A stretch of DNA of 64,000 nt from Antedon mediterranea (taxonomy: Eukaryota > Animalia > Echinodermata). The stretch spans positions 8,184,001 through 8,248,000 of the forward strand of contig NC_092671.1 in the NCBI RefSeq assembly GCF_964355755.1. The letters are read 5' to 3'. The translations under genes were made by a program, and so were the position numbers. Each line of letters begins with the position of its first letter. Position 1 is the stretch's first letter. This document shows, one piece after another, positions 12,401 to 25,397 of the stretch. The notes beneath the pieces are model-generated. The model was not told the origin of the DNA, ran no database searches, and saw only the letters and a program-made list of their open reading frames with translations.

Positions 12401-15400
12401 CCTCTTATATATAGCGGTGACCCTTGAATTGAGGTGTCCCAAAGTAGGAGGCTCTACTGTATTTAATTATATGGATAATTAGTAATTAATTAGTAATGCA
12501 AAAAATTAAAGAGTGCTTTTTTGGTAAACGATCTCATACAGTATCGTATAGAGTTGTGTATTCCTGGAAAATATGAAAGGCGAGCATATGATACCATTAG
12601 ACTGGTCATGGGACAAAACTGAATCGCAATTGAGATAATACCAGATTAAAAACAACAATGTCATGATTATCAGAATAATAATTATTCCATAAAATAATTG
12701 TTTCTAACATAATGTTATAAAATACTGTGACATGCATTAGTCATATGTACAATTAGTTTTACAATTTATGTAGGCCTAGTTATGTTGACGTATCTGCAGT
12801 ATCGATACAGAGAGCGTTTGGTCCTTTGTACAGTTAGGTGTAGGCCTAATGTTTTATGCAGGCCACATTATGTGTAGGTCGTTTATTCAGGTTTACTTAT
12901 ACGCTGTTATGATCAAAATGTTCTTTTCAATTTATGTAGGCCTAAATTTCACATTCACCGTTGAATCCGTTTATAATAAAACTCGTCAGTTAATGGAATC
13001 GTCACTTTTACGCTCTGTAATTAATTCTCGTAGGCTGACATATCCGTCGTGCACTGATTGTCCCGAGTCACAACACGATGTTTCCATCTGCTCAACCGTA
13101 GGTGAAATCCCTCTCTTTGTTATCTGATTTGTATTTTTTTTCTAAGAAAATTAATACAATAGTGACGTCACATATTATGGAATCAAATTAAAATATGGAA
13201 GAATTCTTTTTAATGTACGTACTGTATCGTAGCACAATAAATACAATTCTATCTTATCGATAAAACATTGTAACGTTTGGTTTATTCACACAATACGGAT
13301 GTGGGTGTAGGGGTATATACAAAATATAATAATGTTATAAAAAATAAACCTGATGTTATCCCGACAATTAAATTTAATGTAAGGTAGGTGGATGGTGGAT
13401 AATTTTTTAAATAGCTGCGCGAAAATAAAATCTGAGATTGAATAAAAACACTAAATATGTAAACTATTATATTATATTACCTATATTTTAATAAAAGTCT
13501 TCTAATGCAAATGTTTACCACACCGTTTAGGCTTGTGTCGTATCTTTCCAAAATTATGCAAAAAAACAATGGTTTTCTACTGGTTAATTCCAACTGTAAA
13601 ACTGATAAGAATTGGCATATTTTTAACAACAAACAATTAAGAAACATGGGAAACTTTGATCGATAATTATTGAAATGCATGATCAATAGAAATTTTTTTT
13701 CTGCACCTGGCCTTAAAGATGATTGCATATTAAAAAATGAGTTGGATTAACTGGAAATTATTTTATAAAATCATTTTTAGGAAAGTAAAACGAAGGTATT
13801 ACGCTATTGTCATATTAAACCGAAACACTAAACACATTTTCTTTAAAGACAAATCAGATACAATGGGTAATTCCCTGGGGAATGGTAAAATGTCCGTAAT
13901 TATTATAGCTTTAGATAATTGGGGGAAAATCTTCATAAAGTGTTAAGGTACCTGAATATAGCGTTAATAATATATTGAAATGATAATAAATTATTTGACT
14001 ATTAGGTCTGCTATAGTGGGAAGTTAATTTCACTTCAATAAATCAATGCTACAACCAAACAACTCGCACATTACATACAAAATGAAGGAAATAAAAATAT
14101 AATGTAAATTTAAAGTTGAGTTACTTGCAGAATCCCGGATTTAAAAAGAAATTCAATGTGACACAATGACAACGCTCTGTAGAATGCTCTTGTTCAACAA
14201 TAAAACAATACGAGGACAATGTGCGTAATGGTATTAATGATTCCGCAGCCTATTATTAGCGTCAACTAACATTATACCAACACCTTAATAATTGATAGGA
14301 TAATAACGTAGAATCATCCCCGTGGACTGTTGCTATTGCCACGTAGACTAGGCATATTAAAGTGAGATGTCGTTTCCATCTACCAAGGGATCCGGTGAGC
14401 TCTCACTATTCTATTTAAACGTGTCCCGATCGTGTAAGTCTATATCATTGTATGACGTTGTCTGTTGAGATATTTACACTTGTTTTGATGTCAGAAAGTA
14501 CATTTGATCTGTGATATATGCAAAACTTAACATTATCTTAACTTAAGAGGCATTGTATTCATCAGCGTATATTGTACAGTATGTGTACTCACGGATGCAT
14601 GACTACTTAGAGGTTCTATTATTCTTTTTACTTAGGCCGGGAACAAAACGGTCAGAGACCACATAATTTGAATACAAATATCAACTTATGCATTTGAAAT
14701 ACTAGTTGATAATTCCGTTTGGTCAAGTGGAGTGGAGGAAGGAAATCATAATAAAAATTAAACATTCATTGCGCATTAAATGACCACAGGTCAATTATGT
14801 ACAGCCTTAAATAATTTAATATTTCAAAAAGAAACTCCCACACCCACTCAATTTGATACAATGTGATCTTTCTTCAAGCATGATGGTATATTAAAAACAT
14901 GAAGACGAAAGTAAAATAACTATTAGGACGTGATGATTGATCAGCAAATAGTTCTAAAACCGTTCTGAGACTGGGAAAAAGTGTATGATATGATTAGAAT
15001 TAATCCAATGTCAAGTTCCACTTGGTTCCTCCAAGGGAACAAACCAACTGTCCACATCATCACACATGATGGATTGACTACATATCTTAGTTATGAATGA
15101 TCTTAAATTAATATTACCTAATAACATTTCAGTTATTGTCTTCTGAACCACTTTGAATGATATCAGCCTAGGTCTACACACATTGGGACTACCACCAGTT
15201 AATGAGTTACGTTCCTTTGGCTAAGCGACAGCAAACTAATAATTATCTATGCCTTGGGGTGAGATTTGACACGTTAGTGTATAGCATAGCGTTATTAACC
15301 CATCAATATTTTAATAGATTAATTTGACAAAAATGAAATAATATAGAATATATGTTTACATTGAATTTATATTATATTTAGGTATAGATGGCGAAAATGG

Positions 15401-18400
15401 TTTACATAAATATTGTTATTTGTATTTTATTTCATTCTTATACCTATTGGCATTTCTATTGTTATTGAGCACATTTTGAAGACGCAGACGAGAGGAGGAG
15501 ATCGGCGGCCACGATGATCGGTAGCATCGGCCGCCTGGGCAAACGCCGCGTCGCATCTGTTAAAGATTAAAGGTTACTGTTAATATTAACGACGGCGAAA
15601 ATTATCCACCGTGGAAATGATAGTGATGACAATATATCGATGACGAAGATGTCGATTTTATCGAAGATGTCGATTTTATCGAAGATGAAGGTATACCTAA
15701 AGTAACGATATCATCTTAAAGATCATCTCTAGTAAATATAGCAACGAAAATGTAAAATGTATCGCAAATTATTTGTATAGGTGACCACTAGGTGAAGGGT
15801 TAGTTGTATACATATCCGGATCTTGTGAGGGTTTAAAAATCTGGGTCAGAAAAGCCGTCTGGTTGATAAGTTGTTTTTGCTATTGTACGTGTCTCAATTT
15901 CTGAAACCCGCGGTCAGTCTGACCACTTAAAGAATTCCAAAACGCCGCTTTGGGCCGCTGATTGACGTGTTTTCCTCCGTGTAACGTCTTCACAGTTCAA
16001 TATGCTATACTGGCGTACGTTACCGACACTTAACATAAACAGATCTAAACCAACACTCAAACACACTCGACAACGCACGATATCGGGACCTATTGAAGTT
16101 GACTTAAACATTAGTGACCTGGTCAAATCGATAAACCACGAATTGAAACTGATAATGATAATATACTACGATGTATACACGCGTGTTTTACGCGGTGGGT
16201 TCCGTTTCTATACGCGTTCCTTTTTTGACCAATAATCCGCAACATACATAATCATATTAAACAACAAAAGACGCGGAACCTTTGACCGAAACAATAGTGA
16301 CCAGTGACCAATGGGTAATGACGAATTAAAACTGATAATGATAATAATACTACGAGGTAGGCCTTACATGGGTTTTACGCGGTGGGTTAGGTTCCTACGT
16401 ATTCCTATTCTGTACCAAATTTCCGACCAATAATCCGCAACATACATATCATATGAAAGACGGCGGAACCTTTGACTGAAACAATAGTGACCAGTTTAAA
16501 TCGTTAATCACGAATTAAAACAGATACACCTTCAGGTAAATCGGCCGCTTGCCTTTCGGTAGTCGGTTGGGTAGACCACCTCAAAGATCCGTAGTCTGCC
16601 GAAAATTAAATGAGTGCAATTTTTCATCGGTATGTGGCACTACCAACACACAAGGGTATTCTAGTGGACCTATTTCTGAAATATTTGGCCGTAGATCAAT
16701 CTGTCAGTGACAATGATCATCGATCATTGGTCCTTATTTTTTTCTGATTAATAAGGGTCGTTGCCTTAAAATAAAATAATATTAAAAATGCAACAAATCC
16801 GACACATTTTTGCTAGTTTAAAAATGGGTTCATTCACCTAGTTGGATAAATGTATTAAATGATGAAGGATAAATGTATTAAATGATGAAAGATAAATTTA
16901 TTAAATGATGAAGAATAAGTATTTATTTATACATGATTATTATCTGTTTTTATCAACCTAATTTTTAGAATTCAAGCAGGGAGTTGTTAATTAAGTCAAG
17001 CAGATAGGTCAGTGATTCAAGCGTCCCGTTGTTTTTAGCAATGGTCTTTGAATTCCTGTGAATGTTAAACAAACGCGATTTAACTGTAGCAAAATGTATA
17101 GCTCAGTCATTTATTTTAGACCTAACAGACTATAATGCCACAAGACTGTTTGATGCTAATGAGTCCGTGTAAGATTTACCTTCTCGACGCATTTGTTTAT
17201 ACACGATATAGTCTCAAGCTTGTCGGTTTGTTTTCCTTCGGATGTATCACCGTTTCACGCTATTCTTACGATATTGAATCTAAACACACTCATCACCGCG
17301 CCACGTTTAAAGAAGTTCATTATTAAACTGTATTGTGTTTTAAGTGATCCCGTTTATTCCAATTACTTATTAAAATGGATATTCTATCGTATAGTCTATT
17401 CTGGTCGGCCTGCTATAGGCTTTTCCGTGACGCTTTAGGCAAGTTATTATCTAAACGTTAATTTATCGGTAACTACTCGGTTTATTATAACGACTTTCTG
17501 TATAATGGGTTTAATTACAATCGTCTTAGTATACTGGAGTTAAGTTGCAATGCCAGTCTTACACAATTATACCAATTTGTAAAAGAATTGAATTATGAAA
17601 TCATAATTTGTTTTAGTTTGAAAGTAGGCTTTATACAAGCTTCAAGAGATCAGACATATGCCTATTTATTTTGCTTATACATGGGGAAACACGTGTTATA
17701 ATACCGTAGGCATGTATACCTAAATAATAAAATGATATTTCGACCTAAATCGTTTAGCAACGTTTAAGATCATTGACCTTATTTCATACTTTTCTATATA
17801 AAAATATCATACAAAATATATTATTGAACGCATGCATTTGTCTTGTACAGTAATTAATTACTTTCAAAATTAAATTTATAATTTAAAAATGTAACATTTG
17901 CCTACAGAATATAAATGATGCAACTTGCTGTATATAAAATATCAAGGACGTAAATGTGTGTTGTTACCACTTTATTTTATGTATTGTAATTGAAGGTATA
18001 TTCTGTGTCTAGCATCACGACGCGGGCTTACGTCTAATTCCGTCTAAAACCATCCCGCCTTTTGGCTACCGCTGTACAATGAAAGAGAGCCGTAAGTGTT
18101 CCTAATACTTCTGTGTCAGTCGTTGAATCCATTTATCCAGCTTCCATTGAACGAAACTTATTCTTAGATTAAACGGATCTAATCAAATGCGTTTTTATAA
18201 GATAATGTACATCCTATAACTTATTTACTCAATATTGAGTCTTCAGAATCTAACAAGGAGTGACGTGCGAAGTTTCAACGAATATACGGTACTCTTATAG
18301 TGTGCCCACAACAATGTGCGTATGTGTATATTATATATTTATTTATTTTCACGATCGTAAAAATAAACTGAGGCTCTGTTTCAGATACCAGTGTAAATTA

Positions 18401-21400
18401 GCCGAACCGATTAACTAGGTTAATAATAAGAAAACTAATATTGATATGTGTGTAGCGCTCATGAATTTCTGTGTCCCTATTCCTTATAACCTTTTGTTTT
18501 CTAAAACAAATTATTTTAAACATTTATATTACTGTAGTTATTATAGTATTAATTAAAATTTATTAAACCTATAATTTGATTATGGATTAGGTCCGAATAT
18601 TTTTAAATTTTTTTTATAAATAAGGTAAAAAATACATTTTTATTTTGATATTTGCGTATATATAGGCCTATAAGACCAATGTCGGTCAGATGTGTTCACG
18701 TATAATTACAACATTAAAAGGGGGCCGCTAAATACGTAACGTTTAAATATTCATAGTTGTGTGACTTGTGAAATTGAAAACGGATTATAAGCTAAAATGT
18801 TCGTCGCGTGTTCATAAAAGGGATTTTTATTTAGTGCGAATTTTACCCCTGGCGCTACATTATACAGCATACAGTTGGTTAACATTTGCTTCGGATTCAC
18901 TTCAAAAAGTACACATTTGTAAATAGTATGAAAGGGAGCGGCTTATTAGACAGGCAGTTCTTTAAACTTTTATTTACATGTAGATGCTTCGTAAATAATT
19001 CATTTAGTGCAGCAGAAATGAATGAATGGAATAATTAAAGAATGTAGTACTGAGGGGTTATAATTATGGTCTCATCTATATCATTAGTCTCGTATAGGCT
19101 ACTATTATAATTTGTTTTTTTGCACATACGATAGATAAGTTTTTATAAATGGTATATATATTTTACCTAGACTGGAGACTGTTTTGATCAGGCATTATTT
19201 CAACTCTTTATGTCATTCTCTGTGTTTCTAGTCCAAACAAATATGGAACTATTGTAACAACACGAACAATTTGGTTTTGGGAGTGTTTCTGAGAATTCGA
19301 TTCTGAGTTGATTTATTTATTTATATCTCCGTGGTTTACGAAATGACTTCGGCAGCAGCAGTGTGGAGAAATGACCTAATGTTAATTCTCTGTGTTTCTG
19401 GTCCAAAAAAATATGGACAATTTGAACAACACGAACAATTTGGTTTTGAGTGTTTCTGAGAATTCGATTCTGAGTTGGTTTACTTATTTCTTCGTAGTTT
19501 ACGCAATGATTTCAGCAGCATGATGACCTAATGTTAGCCTGATTATGAATTGTGCCATGTTTACCATAACGTGTGCACTTCAATTTGTAACGATTTACAA
19601 TCATCCTTAGTACTGTTGCATTGTTAATAATTACGGCCAACACTCACCGAATAAACTGACTTAATTGGAATGAACTATTGAATTAATTATTTCTGGTTTT
19701 AAATAAGCACAGTGCAAAAAGTGCAATAATCACTGATGGCATCAAAGCGTAGTTTGCTGACATGGAATTTATTAAGCCTATTTTGAACATCTTAAACTTA
19801 TATAATAATTAAATCATATGATTCTTAAAATATCTCAATAGATAACTTTTTTCTTTTAGCACTCTTTCTGCTGATCCGAATAAAACAGTAAAGAAATGGA
19901 AAATGTGGGTTTGGGTTATTAAAATGTACTATTTGCTTATTTTTATTTATAAATAAGGCTCGATAAGCTAACATTCTAAATTTTATAATTGTTCCAAAAT
20001 AGCATATTATTACTCATATGTAATCTGGAGTAAGTTTCAATCAAACTAATCTTTTCTACCATTTTGACAGCTAACTAACTATGGAATTAATAAATCCTAA
20101 TATAATAATACTATTCGCACATTTAACTATAATTACATTTGTGGAAAATGTACTAATGAATGAAAAAATCCAGCCTACTCTTCTTTTCCAACCCACCCCA
20201 CACGAAAAATATATGAGCATGTTGTACCAAAAAGACGTGACAACTTAATTCAAACTCATCTTAATAATGTTATAGGATACAAGCTTAAACTCCAGAGACT
20301 TAGCGTCTAAGATTGAGGCATCTGTGTCAAACACTGGGGGTAATAACAATAAGCACACACCCTTGGGGGATTCACGTTATGTCATTTTAATTGATTTTAA
20401 TAACACTGGTTTATTATTACAATTTAGCTTCAGTTCATTATTGCTATGATCAAGGTAAATTGGTCCCACGAGAGAATTAAAGAAGAAAGTATAATTTGGA
20501 GTTCATTTAACAACTTTATCAGAAGACAAATCCATCATATCTTAGTAAGCTAACCGTCAAAGCAACGTGTAAAAAATGCACATCTTATGGTTTATTATCC
20601 ATTGTGTTCCAGGGGAATCCCCTGGTTATAGTCACGTCACTCTCATGAAGGGGTGTCCACAAGGTTCTATTTCTTTGTTTAAACTTATGCAACCCATGTT
20701 GGTTTATCTAGATACTCGGCCCTTCAGTTAAGTACAGTTTCGATGTTGAATAAAATATTTTATTATATAGCAAACTGGATCGTATTTCATTGCGTATTTC
20801 ATAATTTATTTATTTATTCAACCATATTTTAAAAGGGTGACCCAGCCAATATATATAATATAGGCATAATTATACAAATGCATTGCTTAAAAATTGTGGA
20901 TATATTGAAGAGATGGATTTCACGTTTATAAATATTGTATTGTAAATGAATGGAAACATCAATTTTGAAGAAAGTTTATGTTAAAATAAACAAATGAAAG
21001 GTTTATGACATAAATTGGTTTTGGAAACACTAAAGAGATGATATAAGACAAAAACCAACAAGATGTGACGTTACGAGAAAGAATGTTATGTTTATGAGAT
21101 ATACGGTATATTGTAAGTGAATGTTAGGAAAACGCAAATCACATAGTAATAACATGGAACTCTAAAATGAGAAAAACATTCAATCCAGCGAGGTGACGTT
21201 AAGAGTGTTGTTATTATGTTTCTATATATGTTGCAAATTGTACAATATTGTACAGCAATAACCTAAAAGGCATATCAAATAATGTGACGACAACTTTACA
21301 ATTACAATATTTCTCAACTTGTGCTAATTAATATAAAAGCAACACTATGATGGATCATGTATTTCAGTGAATAGGACATGATGTATCTTCCTAGCATTGG

Positions 21401-22210
21401 GTCGTAACGAAATTTAATGATCTTGCTTATAATGGACCACGCTAATGAAACCTTTGCATTCCGTTGATATTTGATATTCATTTGTGTTATGTTACAAATT
21501 ATTGGGGGCGCTTTAGGATTCTACAGCAATTGTAAGCGAAATTGTAAAACAGCATTACTAGGCCTACTGTTTGAAAAGAAAAAATAAGAAAATTCTGAGG
21601 ACCAGTGGCTGCAGTATTCACCAATCTCACTTAAGTGATATATTTCCCTTAGATAAATAATAAATAAATATTTAAGTATTTCCCTTAAATTAATAGGAGA
21701 TTTTATAATTTTAAGGGTGTTCCCCTTAGCCTAAGTGTTAATGATGAATACGGCCACACAGGTACATCCGATTCTCAGTACTGATTCATTGAAGTGGTAT
21801 TTCTTCAGATAAAAAATAGTTTTTAAATGCTACTTGCGGGTTTCTAAGTAAATGATCACTAATACACTGTAGTAAATCTATGAACAAATTAATAAATTAT
21901 TTTATTTCTTATTATCTTTGCAGTTAAAACACAAAGCGATTTCGGAGCAATGTCAGCAAACAATAACGGCCGAACGAACTTCACGAATAAACAACTAACA
22001 GAACTAGAGAAAGAATTTCATTTCAACAAATATCTGACGCGTGCAAGACGAGTAGAAATAGCATCACAACTAGGACTTAATGAAACGCAAGTGAAAATAT
22101 GGTTCCAGAATCGTAGAATGAAAGAAAAGAAAAAGATGAAGGAATGTATTTCATCAATCCATATTTCTGGATCGCCTGATTTAAAAACACATCTGGTGTA
22201 TACCAGTTAA
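5765..22210 (+). CDS. Hox1: Homeobox protein Hox1 (labial/paralogue group 1); join(5765..6449,21924..22210), 323 aa
   Basis: Exon 1 ends with the PG1 hexapeptide [13 protein letters not shown] then AG|gtaaga (phase 1). Acceptor tatctttgcag|TT at 21924 restores the frame ([16 protein letters not shown]) into a PG1 homeodomain [51 protein letters not shown]. 685+287=972 nt. Confidence 0.96.
11641..11782. mobile_element. MITE family B (Tc1/mariner-pogo-like, CAGTACAACC...GGTTGTACT, internal gggacacc motifs)
   Basis: Inverted termini after TA. Related degenerate copies at about 12353-12461, 26040-26210, 36215-36368, 42536-42655 and 61690-61880. Confidence 0.65.
16112..16522. repeat. Tandem duplication, unit about 190 bp, about 2.2 copies, in the Hox1 intron
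   Basis: Blocks aaactgataatgataat, gttttacgcggtgggtt, gaccaataatccgcaacatacat and gcggaacctttgac-gaaacaatagtgacca each occur twice. Confidence 0.9.
16843..16915. repeat. Short tandem repeat, unit about 23 bp x3
   Basis: ggataaatgtattaaatgatgaa repeated. Confidence 0.85.
19215..19536. repeat. Tandem duplication, unit about 170 bp x2, in the Hox1 intron
   Basis: attctctgtgtttct...acaacacgaacaatttggttttg...gtgtttctgagaattcgattctgagttg...atgacctaatgtta occurs twice. Confidence 0.9.
21607..21755. mobile_element. Degenerate MITE with GGCCGTATTCA-type termini
   Basis: gcagtattcacc...gatgaatacggcc inverted ends, internal tatttcccttaa repeats; a related terminus at 1878. Confidence 0.45.
21924..22210 (+). 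CDS. Hox1: Hox1 exon 2 (homeodomain)
   Basis: Polypyrimidine tract plus CAG at 21921-21923; canonical Hox1 homeodomain; stop TAA at 22208-22210. Confidence 0.97.
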
Positions 22211-23488
22211 TACTATGAAACCACACTTTTTTGACGTGTTGGTCATTTCTAAAATACTTTTGTTATTTTTTCCGACAAGTGCGTGTGACTTGAACTGAAA
22301 CGCTAGTTTCATCCAACAGAAGAACATCACGCTATTTCTACGTCTGATGTCAGCTTTCACCGATGAATGGCTGCTGCGCAGCTACAGCATTTAAGAAAAA
22401 ACAGTACCAGAATCAACAGAGGGTACGGAAACCCGTGATTTTATTACAATGTAATTGTGATAAAATAGAATAATGGTAGAATTAATTTTCCTATTAAGAC
22501 TCATGGTTATAGATATCTTTAAAATAAACAAGTTCACAAATCAAATGCTATAACCCATGCCATTAACCTACCCTCTGAACTGCAATAGATCAACCGAGTT
22601 TTACAATCATATTCAACAGTGTTTAATCTATATGACAATTGTATTAGTTATCTGAAGAAGTCATTCCAACCATTTGTCAGTGTGACATCACAAAATAATC
22701 GCAAACGTTGTTGATTATAAGCTATAGTAAATATTTGTTTACATGTGTCTCACAGTACGATGCCCCTTTTTTGTTATTGCCTTATTTAGGGAATATTCTT
22801 AACGGAGGAGGAGGGGTATATTAAATGCACACTGTTTCATGTTCCCTTAATAATAGGGGTATCAAAACAGGAAAAAACGGCAAAAATTATCTACTCCGAT
22901 CCAGTCAAATAAAGCGAATTAAAAAAATGTTTTTTTCTCAAATTGCCTCTTGAAACAATATTTTAAATTAATATCGCAAAAGTGCACTGTTCAACAACAT
23001 ACTAACTTAATACACTCCCGACCGACTATGAAGAAAACACAATTTATTTTAATTGTCTGTTTGTACATTAGAATGTCTACCCATATATATTCTTTTGTTT
23101 TTTTAAATTACTTGTCTGTTAATTTCAACAAATTATGTTCGTTCAAATTATTAATTGTATTGAAAAATTATGACATAAATTAGTTCTCTTGCGTCCAATT
23201 TTAATTTAAGTAAAAAAATCACATTTCTAAACTGTAATTGTTATGATGTAATTTCATTCAATTATTTTTTCGTTAAAATGTCTTTGGCGTATGTTTGGTA
23301 TCCTTGTTTATATCAGATCGAAGTATTGGGGGGGGGGGGGGGAATATTTATTTATCAATATTTTATCATTATTTATCATTTTTCACAATGTTTTTATTAT
23401 ATTCTCTGTTGCAATATACATGTATGTATACGACTTTCCGTGTCATTCCCGTATTTAATATTGAACTGGTTATTTGTTTAAAACCATA

Positions 23489-23833
23489 CCGTATTTATTC
23501 GAACAATAATTTGTTTAGGGGGTGTGTGCAGTAAACACCCTCACAATATGGAAAAACAATTAATACCATTAAGTTTAGAAAAATGCTTTGTAATATAGTA
23601 GATCATCTGCAAGCTTTACTACAAATAGAAATGATAATACAGGATTGTGTCAATATGAATGTGGAGGGCATTATAGTAAACCAGTCTAGTTGGAAGAAGG
23701 GGGGGGGGGGGGTATTTATTCAAACATTCTTTGTGGGGTATTTAAGAGGAAGTTTATTCGAGGGGTAGGGAGAGTTTATTCGAGGGTTGGAACGCGTTTA
23801 TCTAAAGCGGGGCATTAATTCGAATAAATACGG
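23489..23833. mobile_element. MITE with perfect 15-bp TIR and TA target duplication (Tc1/mariner superfamily)
   Basis: TA|CCGTATTTATTCGAA ... TTCGAATAAATACGG|TA; internal gtttattcgaggg subrepeats. Confidence 0.85.
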
Positions 23834-24034
23834 TATTATTTTTAATTTATTTATTGATTTACCTCACCTTGCTACTGTCAACAAAGATGGAAATTTAAGA
23901 AAATAAATACATTTTAAAAGAGAATAGAATTATGTGCGCTTGGTTACTGTGTTAAAATAGATTCTGTTGTATTGAGTTGCCTATGTATCATTGTTCCTCA
24001 TTTGTCCTATAGCAGTTTGTGCGAGAATATTTAT

Positions 24035-24135
24035 TATGATAAATATGATTATGATTGGATAAACATAATGGTGATGATTGGATGATGATGATTATGATGA
24101 TTGAATGATTATGATTGAATGACTGCCGGATGATC
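24035..24135. repeat. Degenerate (GAT)n microsatellite; similar tracts at about 3030-3220 and 11490-11630
   Basis: gatgatgatgattatgatgattg etc. Confidence 0.75.
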
Positions 24136-25122
24136 AAGGCAATGCTTACGATGACTGGAGATAGGATGAATAGGGTTTGTTAATAATATACCATTTTGGT
24201 AGGCATGTAGTGATGATTGTAAAATTATGAATAAGTACAAAAACCACAAAATTCAAAATGCTAATACCTTTTTTAATCACATGAACAGACCCCAACTTAT
24301 AACAAAACTAATATATCTACAATTCTCGGATTTTATTCATCGTGATTTGCAACGATATATCAAACAAAAACGTGATTAACTGTATATATATATATATATT
24401 TTAATACTGTATTTTATAAGATCAACATATTTTATTACAAAATGACTCTTTTCTGAAAAATAGACAAATAGACGTTCGCGGTTACAAGAAAATAATTGAG
24501 TTTGACGTTTAGTTCGTTACATCGACGCATTAAATTGGGATACCGAATGCTAAATGCCGCAGATACGTTAGGAAGCAAGCCCAGCGCACGTTAACAAAAT
24601 AATTAGTACAGTAATAACTCAAAAGAGACGATATTACAACTGAAGTGTTCGGAGCGTGTCCACAGGCTAAACACGTGTAGACTTTGTCCTCATTTTTTGC
24701 AGTGATTGTTAACTTGCTTTCTGATACATTATATCGAAGAATAAAATAATCACTTCTACATTTTTTGTACTAATTTTTATGAAAATATATTATTGAATTA
24801 ATTTATTTTTATTTTATTAAATTATTGTATTGATTGTTGTTAACGCGGCTTCAGCAGTTTCTGCTGCATAATACACGACGCGCCTGTATAGTAAATATTT
24901 AAAACACGTGTATACCATGTTCTACTTTTTTTACATATATTTTATACTTCGTTCTGACAATTTAATGAATAATTATTGCATTTATTTTGGTTTTTATAAC
25001 TGTTTGTATACTGTGCCTACATCATATATTCATCATTAATTTATTCAATAGTATATAGGGCACTAGCCCAAGTAAAATAATAGAAAATAATACATATTAT
25101 AAAAACATTACAATTAACAATA

Positions 25123-25397
25123 AAGGTTGGTTCCCAACTAAGACGCAACGCAAATACGTAAGTCGCAACCAAATACGAATTGACTAATTAATATATCAAA
25201 AGCAATGGATTATTCAAACTATCGCTTGCGTGTGTTCAACTAAAGCTTGGTTCCCACTAGAACGCAACGCAAGGACGTAAGCCGCAACGCAAGCAAAATG
25301 ACCAATTCAAGCGATGGATTATGCGAACCGTTCCTTGTGATTGGTCAATTCGTTTGCGTTGCGGCTTACGTCCTACCGTTGCGTTCTCAAGCTTTAG
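25123..25397. mobile_element. Palindromic MITE (AAGCTTGGTTCCCACTAGAACGCAACGCAAG...), truncated copy followed by a near-complete copy
   Basis: 25123-25240 repeats the start of 25242-25397; the second copy folds back (agaacgcaacg/cgttgcgttct, ggacgtaagccgcaacgcaa/ttgcgttgcggcttacgtcc). Confidence 0.75.

Noticed and set aside
23327-23712. Poly-G runs as G-quadruplex signals
   Set aside because: Simple homopolymers, one inside a MITE; no further support.
25242-25397. Long hairpin as a pre-miRNA
   Set aside because: Has MITE termini and an adjacent partial duplicate; no known mature miRNA recognised. miR-10 is expected near Hox4/5, not Hox1.
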